Assembly (NCBI RefSeq): GCF_006345805.1
Contig: NW_021823801.1
Location: forward strand, 1 to 21,150
Reading direction: 5' to 3'
Length of the DNA: 21,150 nucleotides
DNA from: Octopus sinensis
Lineage: Eukaryota
Shown: one piece after another, positions 9,356-19,437 of the stretch
How positions within the stretch are numbered: the first letter of the stretch is position 1
Layout of the letters: every line of letters starts with the position of its first letter
Notes under the pieces: model-generated
Databases searched by the model: none
What the model saw: the letters and a program-made list of their open reading frames with translations, nothing else
What the model was told of the DNA's origin: nothing
Program-made: the position numbers and the translations under genes

Positions 9356-9533
9356 ACAGTCGGATTCTCACCCACCCACAACCTCATCACCGGAACACGC
9401 ATCACCATCAACACATATGTACTAGAACCTCAATAAAGTCGCACCACATGCTAGTAGTAGCAGCTGAATCTCCTATGTATCAAATCCTACCGTTTTAAAG
9501 TACTAACGTTTTCGATTAAATGAGTCTAAATAC

Positions 9534-9617
9534 CTCAAGTTTGAAAAACCGAAATTTTTGCGGATATCGCAGTTGCACCTCAAATCGTAAATCTACTGGA
9601 ACAGAGTCGTCCTGGAG
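9534..9617 (-). CDS. Candidate internal coding exon, 84 nt, phase 0-0 (LQDDSVPVDLRFEVQLRYPQKFRFFKLE)
   Basis: T-rich acceptor gttgttgttattcAG| and donor GAG|GTATTT. Open frame of exactly 28 codons in non-repetitive sequence. Protein not recognised. Confidence 0.4.
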
Positions 9618-9655
9618 CTGAATAACAACAACTATAACAACACTAATCCAATTCA

Positions 9656-9686
<31 letters not shown>

Positions 9687-9850
9687 AACTGGCTTAGAGA
9701 AGAAGGAGAAACGAAACGAAACGAAACGAATCGACGCGATGGCGCTCAGTCATACAATAGTGTAATAATTAAAATATATGCATACATACATACATATATG
9801 TACGTACCTACATCTACATGTATATATACATGCATATATAAATATATATA

Positions 9851-10020
9851 CGTGAGTACAGGACACCACAATTAGACGTAGAACTAAACGAGAAACGAAA
9901 ATCGAAAACGAAAAAGTAAAAACAAGCAGGGAACAAAAAAATAGAGTACAAGACAACTACACAGGAAAAATCCCCTTCATCAGCTGTCCCTAGTGCAACT
10001 CCAGCGTGTTTCGAAGGTAG
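9851..10020 (-). mobile_element. Short element abutting (TA)n with a hammerhead half-core CTGATGA
   Basis: Minus strand CTGATGAAGGGG (core at 9977-9983), then a T-rich tract, then (TA)n ending at 9850. CCTTC-GAAA lies upstream (10009-10017). Confidence 0.35.
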
Positions 10021-10070
10021 GACAGTACACGTCTCGAAGAACTAGTCCTTCATTTATATATATATATATA

Positions 10071-10255
10071 TCGCTAGCCACTACACATTCTTTATTTTTC
10101 TCTCCTTGCTTTTTTGTATGTTCCTTTCTGTGGAAGAGCATAGGCTCGAAACATTAAAGACATTTTCCCTTCCCGAGCGTTAAACTAATACATCTGTTTG
10201 TTGTCTACACCACCTGTTTTTGTCTTTTGCTTTCTTTTTGTGAATTCTCCCCCTA
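10071..10255 (+). mobile_element. Short element embedded in (TA)n with a minimal hammerhead-like motif (10124-10159)
   Basis: CTTT-CTGTGGA-A-GAGC(ATAG)GCTC-GAAA-CATT-AAAG. Shares GAAGAGC..GCTCGAAAC, CC.GAGCG and TAATAC with 13105-13235. TA arrays on both sides. Confidence 0.55.
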
Positions 10256-10257
10256 CA

Positions 10258-10296
<39 letters not shown>

Positions 10297-10589
10297 CAGT
10301 AAAGGTACAGGTATCTCTACTGTTATTCATTTATATTTTATTCACCTACCTGGGAATCTACCCTTCGTAAGTATTAGGGACCGTATATTCAATATAATAT
10401 AGATGTCTGAATTTCTCAAGAGCAGATTTCTTCACTCAGCTGGGTATAAATGTCGACATACAATGTAAGAATATCATTCGGTCGGTACTTATGTAACAAG
10501 TTGTGTGTGTATATATATATATGTTCACATACATATACATACGCATATATATGAGCGCATTTGTGTGTACTTACATAACCTACACACAT

Positions 10590-10870
10590 ACATTTATAAA
10601 ATCGGTCAAATAAAAAAAAACATGACATTTCTTTCGTAGAGTGGAAAGCAAAATGAAAATATGACACTAGACTATCCAGCTTTATTTGGAAATTGAAAGA
10701 CGGTGGAATTAATTTCTACATCCAATGGAAAAAGTTTATGAACAATGGAAATTTTACACAACTGGAATAAGAATTTGCAGCTTGTGTAATTCGGAAAAAT
10801 CTTTGATCCTAAGAACTTTAAACAAAATACTGTATAAACATCACATATGAGAGTTTCAATAGAACCGTTT
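10590..10870 (+). mobile_element. Decayed Penelope-like GIY-YIG C-terminal fragment
   Basis: HDISF...TRLSSFIWKLKDGGINFYIQWKK and, after a frameshift, YTTGIRICSLCNSEKSLIL. These match the PLE motifs T.LS.YIW.LK....Y.I.W and Y......C.LC..EK..I. Confidence 0.65.
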
Positions 10871-11099
10871 CAAATGTTGCTATGTTGTACATTGGACTCA
10901 TAATTCTATATTAAACATCTACGCAGTCGAAATCATAAGATTCTCATTTACTTTGTACATAATTTTACTGTCTATGCAGTTATTCCTAGATGTTTGCATT
11001 TATTGACAATTTAGGATCTGACTTATTAAAGAGACCTTTTGATGTGTGAGATTTCTTAAAATTAAAGCTATTTCCGAATTCCATAATCATCAAATTCTT

Positions 11100-12110
11100 A
11101 ATCATTTAAAATAAAAATTTGCATGGTTCCAAAATGTTGAGTGGTTGCAGAATTTGTTCGCATCTATCATTTAAATTCCAAAAGAAGTTGAAAACTTTGA
11201 TGACATTTATGTTATATATAATTCCATAGTAAAAAAATGTCAATGAAATAGTAATATTTGAATTTGAATCTTCCATTTTGTCATAAAGAGTATTTGGGTT
11301 TTGCTTTATGAAAATCACCGAGGTTCAGTGAATAATTACCCCAGCGTTGCAGGATATATTTATTCCTGTTGGTCTGGCTGGGTTTTCTTCTGAATGTACT
11401 TTTCTTGTTTAATATACAACTTTATTTCCATTTGCTTTTAGAACATAATTTTCTATAACAATGGCTAACTGGAAAATGTTTACTGATTAAGCATGTGCAT
11501 TTTTTAAATATTAGATTTGACATTTATTACGGTAGGATCTTTGAAACAATTGACTTCCTGTTAGTGGGTGGCAGGAAATAAGGGGTGATATATATCTCAC
11601 CTTTCTCTGTTTGCTGTTTTGGAAAACTAAATTTATGACTAGAACTTTTGTCGAATAAGTTTGAGTTTTCCTTTTGGTTGCCTATATTACTTGTGATTTT
11701 CCCGGTTTTAGTAAAACCTCAAAGAATTCTACTGCATTTATGCTTTTACATTTTGTTATTTTAAGGCCTGTAATTGGGAAGGTATTGGTTAAATCTTTCG
11801 AACTGTCTAGTGTCTCATTGACAAACTGTGAAAATGATAAGTTGTTTTATATCTATATGAATAACTGCCAGTGTCTCTAGGACCTAACGGTCGATAAAGG
11901 CCCATTTTTTCATTGTCGAAGGGTCCCATGCTGAAATCGAACAAACGAGTAAAGCCTATCTTTTTGACGTAGTCGATTATTTTGTCGAAAAATAGCATGT
12001 ATTATGTTGTACATAACGATTTCTAACTTTACCGGTTTATTCGATATTAGCACGAGGTCTTCTGACGTCGCTGAGATATGTGAACTTGTCAACGTTTATA
12101 CTTTAGACCA
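11100..12110 (-). mobile_element. Heavily decayed Penelope-like RT-thumb-endonuclease ORF
   Basis: Collinear motifs across frameshifts: RLFDFSMGPFD, GLYR, KDLTNTFPITGLKITKCKSINAVEFFEVLL, INVKSNI, LISKHFPVSH, KVVY, ending CKFLF* at 11106. They correspond to the PLE motifs LFDVTMGS.DG, GLYRDD, I.K.F...GLKI......VDFLDV and NV.TNIG..FL.LI.KHFP. Confidence 0.72.
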
Positions 12111-12159
12111 GCATCGGACTAACGTACATAACGAACGCGTGAACACACCCATATACAAA

Positions 12160-12357
12160 ATGTGAGGTCATCGTCGTTGTGGTGGTGATATAAAATGTCC
12201 TTTACGATAGGTGACTAAAAGAAAAATTATAATGTAAAATGTTTGTGATGCAAATATGTGAGGTCATCGTCGTTGTGGTGGTGATATAAAATGTCCTTTA
12301 CGATAGGTGACTAAAAGAAAAATTATAATGTTAAATTTTTGTGATGCAAATATGTGA
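12160..12357. repeat. Tandem duplication, 2 x 96 bp
   Basis: Units start at 12160 and 12256, with a further ATGTGA at 12352. Two mismatches seen between the units. Confidence 0.97.
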
Positions 12358-12370
12358 ATGAAAATATAGA

Positions 12371-12462
12371 CTAGTTGGTAGCCGAAAGCTCACTGAATCT
12401 TTTGATACCCCATACGTCAAAATCGGCAACTCGGTTTTGGAATGCGTAAGGAATATACGCGC

Positions 12463-12533
<71 letters not shown>

Positions 12534-12561
12534 CATACAAACACTCTTTTATAGATATAGA
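12371..12561 (-). mobile_element. Short non-autonomous Helitron with an internal (TG)n tract
   Basis: Minus strand A|TCTATATCTATAAAAG ... weak hairpin AGC-TTTCG-GCT ... CTAG|T. The 5' end resembles that of 18907-19302. No TSD. Confidence 0.6.
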
Positions 12562-13009
12562 TAATTTTAACAAAACAAGCTCGATGATACCATTTTACTT
12601 GCCAGAAACCTAAATAAATTAATATTGGTTCACCAGCCAATGAACACCTCACTTTACTGCAAGTGTAATTCCAACATTAACAAAAATAAATTTTCGTAGC
12701 TGCCACAGATTTTGCTTCCAACAAATCCAATTAACGCTAATCGCTGAGCTCATGTTTTTCTCTCCTTATTGCAACGATAATTTTAATTAACAGAAATTAG
12801 TTTCTTCTCTACATTAAGCGATTTGCTACTCGCTCAGGTATAGTGTTTCACACGGATGACATCAGGTAATTTCCGTCGTCACTCACTCAATAATCATAAA
12901 CCCACATGTTGCTTATCTCACTCTTCAGCGGATTTCTCCCTCTCTAATTATCGATAAATCAGAAAATCAATAAGACAATTGTGCTATCTTTCTGTTTTGA
13001 AGGAATTCT

Positions 13010-13104
13010 TTTTGTCCTCTCTCTCTCTCTCACTCGCTCTCTCCCTCGCTCTCTCTCCCTCTTTTTCTCTCTCTCACACACACTCTCCCTCTATGTATAT
13101 ATAT
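13010..13104. repeat. (CT)n/(CA)n/(TA)n microsatellite
   Basis: Directly visible. Confidence 0.95.
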
Positions 13105-13235
13105 GTTTCCGACGAAGAGCTCCGCTCGAAACGTCATACTCCTCCTTCTTCCCTTTTTCCTGAGCGCCCAATAATACTTTATTTGTTCCACATCCTCGCG
13201 TTGTTGTCTTTTTGTTTTCTTGTTTGGATTAACTT
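13105..13235 (+). mobile_element. Short element embedded in (TA)n with a minimal hammerhead motif (13105-13139)
   Basis: GTTT-CCGACGA-A-GAGC(TCC)GCTC-GAAA-CGT-C-ATAC, with a palindromic ACGT stem III and a GUC triplet. A pyrimidine-rich tail follows, then (TA)n from 13236. Confidence 0.6.
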
Positions 13236-13243
13236 TATATATG

Positions 13244-13275
<32 letters not shown>

Positions 13276-13497
13276 CACACATATATGTGTGTGTGTGTGC
13301 ATGTATGTATATGCACATATATATTATATATATATATATATGCATACCTTTGTGGTGTGCAAGTGTGTATGAATGTGTGTGTGTATGCACATACTTATGA
13401 GCATACACAAATATATATATGCAAGGATACGTATAACCACGATGATAAACAAATGCACAAATATAGACACACATGAATAAGTATGTACATATATATA

Positions 13498-13529
<32 letters not shown>

Positions 13530-13640
13530 GTAGATAGATAGTTAGATATATAGATATACATGCACACATAAGTATATAAATACATATATTCATAAGCATA
13601 CACACTCATATGCTTATTAGTATGTATCTGTGTATACAAA
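13236..13640. repeat. TA/TG/CA microsatellite mosaic
   Basis: Directly visible. Confidence 0.93.
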
Positions 13641-13666
13641 CACGCTACAGGGTCATTGTCCTGTAG

Positions 13667-13753
13667 TTCCACATGTTGTCTGCGGTGTCCACGTTCCTCG
13701 TGTTCGTCGGCTCCATCTACCGGAATGTAATAGTTTTGTCTCTATACACCACA
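13667..13753 (+). CDS. Weak candidate exon encoding a hydrophobic segment (FHMLSAVSTFLVFVGSIYRNVIVLSLYTT)
   Basis: Acceptor cattgtcctgtAG|. 18 of the first 20 codons end in G/C within AT-rich surroundings. Possible donors at 13727 or 13754. The opposite-strand shadow frame is also open. Confidence 0.2.
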
Positions 13754-13819
13754 GTAACCTGAGTAAACATACCGTATACGAAATACAAATGCACTTATTA
13801 TTTAGCTTGTGCACACATA

Positions 13820-14074
13820 CACGCACTAATTCCCATATATGTGTATATATATATACCCTCATACACATATATACATACCGTATGCAGAGACGCTTCCATA
13901 CTCAACAGCATAGGTACATATGATGCATTACTACGCGTTTTCCCTTATATGCGTGTACGTACGCAGATAGTTATATGCTTACATGCATACATGCATACAT
14001 ATACATAAATACATCCATATATTGTACATATGCATGCACACATACACACAGAGACGCTTGTGTATATATGCATA

Positions 14075-14122
<48 letters not shown>

Positions 14123-14126
14123 ATAA

Positions 14127-14201
<75 letters not shown>

Positions 14202-14265
14202 TTATTTATACATATATATATATATATATAATATATATCTATACATATATATATATATATATAAT

Positions 14266-14297
<32 letters not shown>

Positions 14298-14308
14298 CAT
14301 ACATACAT
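13820..14308. repeat. Long (TA)n-dominated microsatellite
   Basis: Directly visible. Near-pure TA from about 14070 to 14297. Confidence 0.97.
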
Positions 14309-14445
14309 GGAACAAAAACGCAATAGAGAGCATTAAAATGTTCCGACAGATAGACGATACAAGGTGGACAAGGGAAACAGCAATTAGAAGGACAGGTAAA
14401 AAAAAAGACGAGTCATTCTTGGCTCCCTTTCATCAGTGAAGTCCC
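14309..14445 (-). mobile_element. Short element abutting (TA)n with a hammerhead half-core CTGATGA
   Basis: Minus strand CTGATGAAAGGGAG (core at 14430-14436), then a T-rich tract, then the TA array. No GAAA half found downstream. Confidence 0.3.
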
Positions 14446-15568
14446 AGGAGTCACGACCATTTTAGGCAGTTACGCTTGAGATGGTTCGATCTGGTTGCCC
14501 CCTAAAACGTCTAAGCTAAGAACCTTAGACTCATTTGTAAGAAAGCTAGCGAATGTGTATGGCAACTAAGACAAAAAACAAATAAACAAAAAAAAACGGA
14601 GAACATGGTACACAATTGCAAATACAAACGACAAGAAATAGTAACAGGCGTCTTTCGACTGAGAACGAATCAAATTGAGCTGGCGTGTATGAAGTGAAAG
14701 CCTGAAGGCAGGAACATGGGGGATGGACACAAGAGGTGTTGAGGGTCAGCAGTCAGGCGAAGAAAGAAAGATCATGGCTGGCCGGACTCCGGTCACATGG
14801 AAGGAGGAGAGATGGGTAGGAGACAGCGGGATTAAAAATTACAAAAAATCAGAGACAAAGAGAAAGGTACAGGGGAGATAAATGAGTGAGAAATAGTGGG
14901 AGTTAAAGAAAGAGAGGGCCAAGAAATGTGAGAGAAGGGGAGCGAGAAAAGGAAGGAAAATTAGAGGGGGAATATATACATATATATATATACACGTATA
15001 AACATATGTATACGTATAAACATATGCATACATATAAACACACTCATGCATAGAAACAGTCACACTTCCATATACCCTAACATACATACAAAACACAGAG
15101 GACACACACATACAGCGTACTTATGTAGAAAACATTGTAAATCAATACTCCCACTTTCACTATCTCTCCTCCACAACTACCAACACTCCATGATCCAACA
15201 TGGAACCTTTGATGAAACCACGCAACCTGTTGTAAATGATAGCCAGGACTCCTCTAAATCGTACATACCCTTGTTAAAAGCAGATCCAAGTGAAACACAT
15301 TTGACAATTTAGCTGAGCACCATATTGAATGTGAAAGATAGAATAGGAATGATCCCTGTTGGAATGCATTTGATTATCGACGTACTGGGTCAGAGTTGGC
15401 GTAAGGTTTCACAAAAAACTAAAATGGGAGCTTCTACGTAGCCACTATACTTAATAGAAAAAGTAACCGATTTTTACTCACGTAGCATTGTGTTATCTTA
15501 ATAAAATCGAAGGGAAAATACATTAGATATAGATATAGATAGAAAATGCAAAATATAAAAAATATATA

Positions 15569-16085
15569 CTGTAAATCTTCGAGGATAGCCCGCCCTTGAG
15601 TAGGGGATTTTTAAGGGGCTGTACTTTTGAAAAACCTAAACCTTGTGTATAATACTTGAGTCAAGGAGGTCTATATAACATCCTTGGTTTGTAAAACTGT
15701 ATACGGTAACGTCTTTTATCATTATTATCATTATTATTATTATTATTATATATATAACATAATGCAAGCGTGTTGATTTTTTGTGTATTTTGTTTGCAGA
15801 AAATAAAGAAATAACAGTAATAACAGTAATAACGTTTAATAAATGTTGCTTACTGCAAGTTATGGATGATTCTTTTAGGACTTCATTGCTTTCAGGCTTA
15901 GCTTAAAGTATTTTCGCGCCCGACATCACAAAATGCGTCTGAATAAACATTACCGGACAGCAAATATAGACTCGGACATTGCTTAGAAAATAATTTTCAT
16001 TTTTAACTTCGTATATATTACGCACTAGGGATTTTGACCTTTAAATTTTGGCGGGGAAATGCGGATTACACTCGAGGATTTACGG
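15569..16085. mobile_element. Non-autonomous Tc1/mariner-superfamily element (MITE; Tc2/pogo-like ends)
   Basis: 25-bp imperfect TIRs CTGTAAATCTTCGAGGATAGCCCGC (15569-15593) and GCGGATTACACTCGAGGATTTACGG (16061-16085), with 6 mismatches. TA on both flanks. Confidence 0.8.
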
Positions 16086-16102
16086 TATTTGAAAGAATAG
16101 TC

Positions 16103-16148
16103 ATGGCTAGATTGTCTTTCAGCGTATGTCTGCGTCATCAGAGACCAT
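16103..16148 (-). ncRNA. Degenerate minimal hammerhead-like motif
   Basis: Minus strand ATGGT-CT-CTGATGA-CGCAGACATACGCT-GAAA-GACAATCT-A-GCCAT. Core and GAAA are intact; stem II is weak. Confidence 0.3.
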
Positions 16149-16340
16149 TGGATGATGATCAGCTTACTAATTCGTATCATTTACACCGTGCTGCTCCATA
16201 TACAGCAAACTGTAGCAACCCGCCTTATGTAGATGAAGGGATAATGCACACTTTTGCTCCAATAGTGCACCATCCCAGAAAAAGGTGTAAAGAACCATCT
16301 ACATTTGCCTGTTAATCACTTGCGAGAGCTTCATCAGTGA

Positions 16341-16726
16341 TACTCTCTTTTACTCTTTTACTTGTTTCAGTCATTTGACTGCGGCCATGCTGGAGCACCG
16401 CCTTTAGTCGAACAAATCGACCCCGGGACTTATTCTTTGTAAGCCCAGTACTTATTCTATCGGCTAAGTGACGGGGACGTAAACACACCAGCATCGGTTG
16501 TCAAGCAATGCTAGGGGGACAAACACAGACACACAAACACACATACATACATATATATACATATACATATATACGACAGACTTCTTTCAGTTTCCGTCTA
16601 CTAAATCCACTCACAAGGCATTGGTCGGCCCGGGACTATAGCAGAAGACAGTTGCCCAAGATGCCACGCAGTGGGACTGAACCCGGAACCATGTGGTTGG
16701 TAAGCAAGCTACTTACCACACAGCCA
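16341..16726 (-). mobile_element. tRNA-derived SINE (second family), slightly 5'-truncated
   Basis: A box TGGCTGTGTGG, B box GGTTCAGTCC, an internal CA/TA microsatellite and an (AAAGAGT)n-like tail. Aligns with 18033-18441. Confidence 0.9.
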
Positions 16727-16967
16727 TTATTTATTAATACTATTCGAACCAACAGGAAGGGCCTCCCAAACACCCTTTTATGTGATCAGCATCATGGGAT
16801 GATTTTTCTGCTTCCGTACGTGTCTATTCACAACAACTATAAATTTTTACGCTCCGTTTTCATCTGGGCTTTCTGCATTTTATATATATTTTTCTGCCCA
16901 CTTCTGTATAAAACACTATAAATCTGTCGATGATTTGCGACAACTTGTTAATCATTTATTTTATTAT

Positions 16968-17360
16968 GGGATGGAAGCACTCCGTCGGTTGCGACGATGA
17001 GGGGTTCCGGTTGATCCGAATCAACGGAACAGCCTGCTCGTGAAATTAACGTGTAAGTGGCTGAGCACTCCACAGACACGTGTACCCTTAACGTAGTTCT
17101 CGGGGGGATATTCAGCGTGACACAGAGAGTGACAAGGCCGGCCCTTTGAAATACAGGCACAACAGAAACAGGAAGTAAGAATGAGAGAAACTTGTGGTGA
17201 AAGAGTACAGCAGGGATCACCACCATCCCCTGCCAGAGCCTCGTGGAGCTTTAGGTGTTTTCGCTCAATAAACACTCACAACGCCCGGTCTGGGAATCGA
17301 AACTGCGATCCTATGACCGCGAGTCCGCTGCCCTAACCACTGGGCCATTGCGCCTCCACC
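16968..17360 (-). mobile_element. Full-length tRNA-derived SINE, long-tail variant
   Basis: Reverse complement aligns with 2910-3296. Near-perfect TSD ttattttattat (16956-16967) and ttatttcattat (17361-17372). Confidence 0.92.
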
Positions 17361-17569
17361 TTATTTCATTATATCTACATCGGCTCGACCATTACACTGC
17401 GTATAGCCAATTCTTATTTCTACGGATCCTGTGTCTCCGCACCAAACGTCTGATTTGGGGTACTTCGTTTGATGGAGTATTTATTGTATGTATCTATTAC
17501 ATGTCCTTTCACATTTTATTCCCTATTTCCCATTACTATATACATACACACCCACACCCTCCACACATA

Positions 17570-17584
17570 TGCGTGCGTGTATAT

Positions 17585-17624
<40 letters not shown>

Positions 17625-17648
17625 GTATGAATGTATATATATATATAT

Positions 17649-17729
<81 letters not shown>

Positions 17730-17978
17730 TACTTACATATATACAAAATATACATATTGTTATTATTATTATTGCTGTATTTTATATCATTTAGATAAAA
17801 AGATAGATTGATTAGTTTCTCGACGACCAATGAAAAATTGATGAATGTAAATTAGTTGGAAGAGTCTCAATTGAGCTACTCCCCGTCCATAAGTATGTGA
17901 ATGTGTATATGTATGTATATATAAAAACAATGCACATACACATATATATTTATACACACACATACGCGCACATATATA

Positions 17979-18017
<39 letters not shown>

Positions 18018-18032
18018 ACATATACACACATA
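17570..18032. repeat. Two (TA)n-rich microsatellite blocks separated by about 120 bp of unique sequence
   Basis: Directly visible. Confidence 0.93.
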
Positions 18033-18441
18033 TACTCTTTTACTCTTTTACTACTTGTTTCAGTCATTTGACTGCGGCCATGCTGGAGCACCGCCTTTAA
18101 TCGAGCAACTCGACCCCAGGACTTATTCTTTGTAAGCCCAGTACTTATTCAATCGGTCTCTTTTGCCGAACCGCTAAGTGACGGGGACGTAAACACACCA
18201 GCATCGGTTGTCAAGCAATGCTAGGGGGACAACACAGACACACAAACACACCACACATATATATATATACATATATACGACAGGCTTTCTTTCAGTTTCC
18301 GTCTACCAAATCCACTCACAAGGCATTGGTCGGCCCGGGCTATAGCAGAGAACACTTGCCCAAGATGCCACGCAGTGGGACTGAACCCGGAACCATGTGG
18401 TTGGTTAGCAAGCTACTTACCACACAGCCACTCCTGCGCCT
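18033..18441 (-). mobile_element. Full-length tRNA-derived SINE (second family)
   Basis: Starts AGGCGCAGGAGTGGCTGTGTGG. A and B boxes, an internal microsatellite and an (AAAGAGT)n tail are present. Aligns with 16341-16726. Confidence 0.92.
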
Positions 18442-18563
18442 TATATATATATATAAGCATGTATATGTATGTATAATTTTGTGTACCTCTCTCTCACTCT
18501 CTCTTTATATATTTGGTAAAAACTACATGCGGTCGCGAATGAGCATAGGATTGCAACTAGAAA

Positions 18564-18705
18564 TTTAACCTCCGAGACACAAGTCCGGACAAGGTAGTTT
18601 ATGGAAGACTAGCAGTCACCCATGCACACCAGCCTCCACTCTCCACGCCAAAGGAAGGGCAAAGGTCGATACATTTCTACAGCTGCATGAACTGGAGCAA
18701 CGTGA
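18564..18705 (-). mobile_element. Probable internal fragment of a third SINE family
   Basis: The actggagcaacgtga / ttctacagctg segment resembles the conserved central domain of invertebrate SINEs. This is recollection only; there is no second copy in the window. Confidence 0.35.
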
Positions 18706-18726
18706 GAAGTACAGGAATTGTCTAAT

Positions 18727-18901
18727 TGAACTAACCCTGAAATATGTCCGATATGGAAATAATGGAATTTTTTAGAAATTTCTGTCGGCCTTTTTTCAGT
18801 AGCGTGCGTATTGTGAAAAAAATTATATGGTTATGGACAAGGTGTCTAATTTCGGCATATTTGGCATTAGAAATTTTTTCGTTTGCCCTTATTTATAAGT
18901 T
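18727..18901 (+). repeat. Unclassified dispersed repeat, copy 2 (homologous to 4670-4843)
   Basis: See copy 1. Ends a few bases before the Helitron 5' end. Confidence 0.75.
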
Positions 18902-18906
18902 ATATA

Positions 18907-19302
18907 TCTTTATATATAAAAGTCAAGTTGTGTGTCTGTCTCCTACGATTTAGATTCCTAACTACTCCCACATTTTGCGGTGCAGTTTAACCAAAACCGG
19001 GTATCTTATAGTCGTGATTCATATCGAGCCCTTCTGGGTATTAGCGCGCGTCTACGATGAGTCTACGATTAAAAAAACAATTACCATCATTTTTTTCCAT
19101 TTTAATGCATTTTTTCGCTATTATATAAGGGAAGTAACTCTCTAAAAATGTCTACGATGAGTCAACGATTTAAAAAAAAGTTACCATCATTTGTTTTCCA
19201 TTTTTAATGCATTTTTTTGTTAGTTTTTGGCTATAACTCTCTAAAAATGCTTATATAGTTATTTCCCTTACAAATTCAAGCAACGCCGGGCGATACTGCT
19301 AG
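18907..19302 (+). mobile_element. Non-autonomous Helitron with an internal ~100-bp tandem duplication (19051-19249)
   Basis: A|TCTTTATATATAAAAG 5' end and CTAG|T 3' end (19299-19302), preceded by a GC-rich subterminal element. No TSD. Repeat units start at 19051 and 19151. Confidence 0.75.
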
Positions 19303-19397
19303 TGTATATATTAAACACAATACAAGTCTTCCATTGGTTCACGTTCTTTAAGCGATATCTACAATCAGGCACGATTTTATTGCCTTGTCTAGAAGGA

Positions 19398-19437
19398 TTC
19401 CCTTACAAACCCGAGCAACGCCGGGTGATACTGCTAG
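19398..19437 (+). mobile_element. Second Helitron 3' terminus (hairpin plus CTAG)
   Basis: ttcccttacaaacccgagcaacgccgggtgatactgctag|t duplicates 19263-19302, here with an intact CCCG..CGGG hairpin. Confidence 0.7.

Noticed and set aside
10340-10450. Minus-strand CAG|GTAGGT donor
   Set aside because: The best upstream acceptor gives stops in all frames; the alternative gives a short unremarkable peptide with a poor pyrimidine tract.
12840-12870. Minus-strand CTGATGT..GAAA hammerhead-like string; on the plus strand a 28-nt AG/GTAATT micro-exon
   Set aside because: A9 is missing, stem II is only 2 bp and stem III is not palindromic. The micro-exon has no supporting evidence.
15046-15312. 88-aa ORF with a non-repetitive C-terminal half
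   Set aside because: It begins in CA-rich repeat, has no usable acceptor before the complex part, and has no recognisable motif.
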